From a virus: 64,000 nucleotides of DNA. The position numbers were made by a program, and so were the translations under genes. The DNA is taken from the IMG/VR virus record IMGVR_UViG_3300045988_130116; one strand, given 5' to 3'. Shown one piece after another: positions 61,324-64,000 of this stretch. How positions within the stretch are numbered: the stretch's first letter is position 1; every line of letters starts with the position of its first letter. The notes below the pieces were generated by a model. It was given only the letters and a program-made list of their open reading frames with translations. It was not told the DNA's origin and searched no databases.

Positions 61324-62121
61324 ATGGAATTAAATAAAGTTTATTGTATGGATAATTTAGAATTGTTAGAGCAGCTACCTACTGGCTCTATCGACCTTAT
61401 ATATTGTGATATTCTTTATAACACAGGTAAAATTTTTAAAGATTATAATGATAATCTAGGAACGGTAACACAGGCTATGAAATGGTATCGACCAAGATTA
61501 TTTCAGATGAAAAGAGTTCTTAAAAGTACAGGATTAATTTATCTTCAATGCGATTATAGATTAGTTCATTATTTAAAAGTAGATATGGATTGCATTTTTG
61601 GAATTGATAATTTCAGAAATGATATTATTTGGAATTACGGAGGACAATCTAGGAGTAAAGATATAAGCTGTAAACATGATAATATATTAAGATATTCTAA
61701 TGGAGACAAGTATGTTTATAATACACAATATCAACCTTACACTGAAAGGACACTAAAAGAATTTAGACATAGAAACGAAAAAGGAGAGTTATGTGTTCGT
61801 ACTTGCAGAAGAGACAAAGATGGTAACAAAGTTTATTATTATACTCCTAAGAAAGAAGGAGCTAATATAACCGATGTGTGGGACATTAAACCTTTATCTC
61901 CTTCAAGCAAAGAGAGATCAGGATATGATACTCAAAAACCTAAAGAGTTATTAGAGAGAATAATTAAATCATCTTCTAACGAAGGAGATGTGGTTGCTGA
62001 TTTTTTCTGTGGCAGTGGTACAAGTTTAGTTGTAGCTAAAGAATTAGGCAGAAATTATATAGGATGCGACTTAAACCCTAAAGCAGTAGAAATAACAAAT
62101 AAAAGATTAGAATTAATATAA
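61324..62121 (+). CDS. N6A/N4C-type DNA methyltransferase-like protein with atypical motif IV (DILY instead of DPPY)
   Basis: 265 aa; DLIYCDILYNTG; TQKPKELLERII...VVADFFCGSGTSLVVAKELGRNYIGCD. Confidence 0.7.
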   Translation: MELNKVYCMDNLELLEQLPTGSIDLIYCDILYNTGKIFKDYNDNLGTVTQAMKWYRPRLFQMKRVLKSTGLIYLQCDYRLVHYLKVDMDCIFGIDNFRNDIIWNYGGQSRSKDISCKHDNILRYSNGDKYVYNTQYQPYTERTLKEFRHRNEKGELCVRTCRRDKDGNKVYYYTPKKEGANITDVWDIKPLSPSSKERSGYDTQKPKELLERIIKSSSNEGDVVADFFCGSGTSLVVAKELGRNYIGCDLNPKAVEITNKRLELI

Positions 62122-62196
62122 AGAGTGAATATGCAAAAATAATATGGCATATGAAGAACGAAATAAAATAGAAGAAAGGATTGGTGATTATTTGAT

Positions 62197-63001
62197 ATGA
62201 TAAATTTAAAGAATTTAACTAAAGGAGGTGATTTCAACTCATATGGATGCTCTGATTATGTTTTATTTCAAGGTGATTGTTTAGAAGTAATGGACTATTT
62301 AATAGAACGTGAAATTAAAGTAGATATGATATTAACAGACCCTCCATATGGTTGAAATTGGAACTATAGCTTGTAAATGGGATAATATAATTCCCTTTAA
62401 TGAAATGTGGGAAAGAATAAATAATTTAATAAAAGATAATGGAGCTATCTGTTTGTTTGGGAATGAACCATTCACCAGTTGTTTAATAACAAGTAATTTA
62501 AAAGGATTTAAATATAGATGGGATTGGGATAAAAAAATACCAAGCGGCATGGGATATGCTAAATATAGACCAATGCAACAAACAGAGGATATTTGTGTTT
62601 TTACTAAAAACGGAGAAAAAACAATTTATAATCCTCAAATGATTAAGAGGGATAAGCCTATAAAAAGTGGAGGAAATACAAAACAAGCAAGTGCTTATAG
62701 TGGGTTTAAATGCATGGGTGATGGGAAGGAATATAAAAAAACTTACGAATATAAAAATCCTATAACTTTAATAGAATTTAATAAAATTAGAAGGGGAAAT
62801 GTTCATCCCACACAAAAGCCAGTTGATTTACTAGAATATCTAATAAAAACCTATACAAATGAAAATGATTTAGTATTAGACTTCACAATGGGCTCAGGAA
62901 GCACTGGAGTAGCTTGTCTAAACACTAATCGCAAGTTTATAGGCATTGAATTAGATGAAGAATATTTTAATATAGCTAAAGAGAGATTAAATTCAATATA
63001 A
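62197..63001 (+). pseudogene. N6A/N4C-type DNA methyltransferase split by a +1 frame change right after DPPYG (TGA 62353..62355)
   Basis: Own translation 62197..62355: MINLKNLTKGGDFNSYGCSDYVLFQGDCLEVMDYLIEREIKVDMILTDPPYG*. The +1 frame ORF 62348..63001 continues as EIGTIACKWDN...HPTQKPVDLLEYLI...LDFTMGSGSTGVAC. Confidence 0.75.
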
Positions 63002-63014
63002 GGAGTTGATATAT

Positions 63015-64000
63015 TTGAGTGAAGATGTAAAAAAAGAAAATATTGATTCTTATGATGCTTATGATTTTTCCGAAGACCTGTTGTACAGTTTAAAAACTTA
63101 TAATTCCCAAATTTCAACAATAAGAGACAATAGTGTAAGAGTTAAAAATAATATAAGAAAAATGTTAAGTAATCAAACAAATAATCAATATACGGAAACA
63201 GAACTTCAAAAAATAGGAGATATGCTTACTAAAAAGAACGGTCAGCTAAAGGAATTAATTACCTATAAATCTAATTTACTTACTTATGACCACTATATAA
63301 TGCCATTAGATGCTAGTAAGTATAAAACAGAAGAAAGTATAAAAGAAGCTAGAAGAAAAGCTTCGAAACAAGTAGAAAAATACAATCTAAAATATAACTG
63401 TAAATGGATTGCACAGGATATTATAGAATATGGAGAAATTTATTTATCTTTGGTTAAAGGTAAAAATAATTATTTATTTTTTAAATTCCCTAGAGAGATG
63501 TGTATGATAACTCAAAAGACTGGTAATATGGTCTCTAAATTTGCTATAAATTTAGGATATTTAAATTCTACTAATTATTATACATTCCCACAAGACATAC
63601 AAAATTTATATTGGGATTATCAAGAAGGTAGACTGGATAAAAGAAGAATTATAAAAAATTCATGGTATCAAATGACAGAGGTCACTTATATGGCTTTTAC
63701 ATTAGATGAATGGCAAGAAAAAGGTACTCCATATTATTCTTATTTATTTGATAGTTTAGCGTCACTAGAAGAATTATCAGATTTAGTTAATTTAAATGCC
63801 TATATAGATAGTTTTAGATTATTACATCAGAAACCTGAGCTTGACGATAGAGGTCAATTAAAAATGGAAAGAAAGAAAATATTAAACTACCATAATTCAT
63901 TAAAAAGTTTAGTTCCTTATGGTTATTGTACTTTAACTTCTCCTTTAGATTTAAAATTAATATCTAGTGATGGAAATAGTTCTAGTATACTTGATGCTAA
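63015..64000 (+). CDS. candidate portal protein (by position), CDS runs off window end
   Basis: Own translation from TTG 63015 (AAGGAG 8 nt upstream) stays open to 64000. It follows the TerL/MTase cluster. No portal motif recognised. Confidence 0.45.
   Translation, partial: MSEDVKKENIDSYDAYDFSEDLLYSLKTYNSQISTIRDNSVRVKNNIRKMLSNQTNNQYTETELQKIGDMLTKKNGQLKELITYKSNLLTYDHYIMPLDASKYKTEESIKEARRKASKQVEKYNLKYNCKWIAQDIIEYGEIYLSLVKGKNNYLFFKFPREMCMITQKTGNMVSKFAINLGYLNSTNYYTFPQDIQNLYWDYQEGRLDKRRIIKNSWYQMTEVTYMAFTLDEWQEKGTPYYSYLFDSLASLEELSDLVNLNAYIDSFRLLHQKPELDDRGQLKMERKKILNYHNSLKSLVPYGYCTLTSPLDLKLISSDGNSSSILDA

Noticed and set aside
62340-62360. prfB-like programmed +1 frameshift at GGT TGA A in the second MTase
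   Set aside because: There is no SD-like stimulator 3 nt upstream and no slippery CUU-type codon. A simple indel or sequencing error is more parsimonious. Kept only as something to test.
4478-62686. Other short overlapping or antisense track ORFs. Examples: 4478..4777, 9203..9391, 9533..9874, 11274..11492, 14195..14467, 15705..15983, 17036..17224, 17594..17845, 19496..19729, 22540..22749, 23196..23378, 28328..28534, 29617..29871, 30015..30257, 30895..31290, 32621..32833, 34826..35203, 36860..37051, 38519..38707, 42879..43114, 51260..51568, 51866..52081, 53769..54047, 55168..55661, 60474..60692, 62055..62237, 62332..62550, 62498..62686, 62851..63120
   Set aside because: Each lies opposite to or out of frame with a longer motif-bearing gene, has hydrophobic low-complexity composition, and lacks a ribosome-binding site.

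Overview
Very AT-rich (about three quarters A+T by eye) segment of a large Firmicutes/Clostridium-type phage or plasmid-prophage. There is no cellular housekeeping context.

Layout:
- 1..39.1 kb: a dense leftward (minus-strand) early, replication and accessory region.
- 39.1-40.6 kb and 43.6-46.3 kb: two gene-free, repeat-dense regions. They bracket a small leftward gene block at 40.6-43.6 kb.
- 46.4-51.9 kb: a further leftward block ending in a sigma-factor gene.
- 51.9-52.5 kb: a divergent control region.
- 52.5 kb to the window end: a rightward late/structural region.

Leftward region contents: partial DnaB-like helicase, ERF recombinase plus SSB, ThyX, RNase HI, AEP-type primase/initiator, tyrosine recombinase, three sigma-70-family factors in the window, a NADAR protein, ArdC-like and SprT-like zincins, a YyaC-like protease, three amidoligase paralogs plus an Ntn glutamine amidotransferase, homing-endonuclease-like genes, and many paralogous small ORFs.

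Rightward region contents: HU-like protein, one tRNA-Thr plus two non-canonical tRNA-like elements, a DUF2828/TROVE-like vWA protein, a metallophosphoesterase, a ClpP-like protease, candidate TerS, TerL, two N6/N4-type methyltransferase genes and a partial candidate portal gene.

Most striking sequence-level signals:
1. 31 copies of an almost invariant consensus promoter/leader cassette (TTGACA-17-TGnTATAAT plus a conserved leader and strong SD), each arming an individual early gene or short operon.
2. A dense array of Fur-box-like 7-1-7 palindromes, two of them perfect TGATAATnATTATCA, coupled to a GC-rich ACTGCGGTCC core inside the gene-free regions.
3. tRNA mimics next to a Ro60-like (helical domain plus vWA) gene.
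4. An 8-member paralog family sharing a KEY[IT]G.D[YF]P ... K.DKR signature.
5. Three interrupted genes: a C5-MTase with an in-frame TAA, an N6/N4-MTase with a +1 shift at DPPYG-TGA, and an AP2-type endonuclease-like gene split at an A6 run.

All functional calls rest on motifs I recognised by eye. No database search was run.
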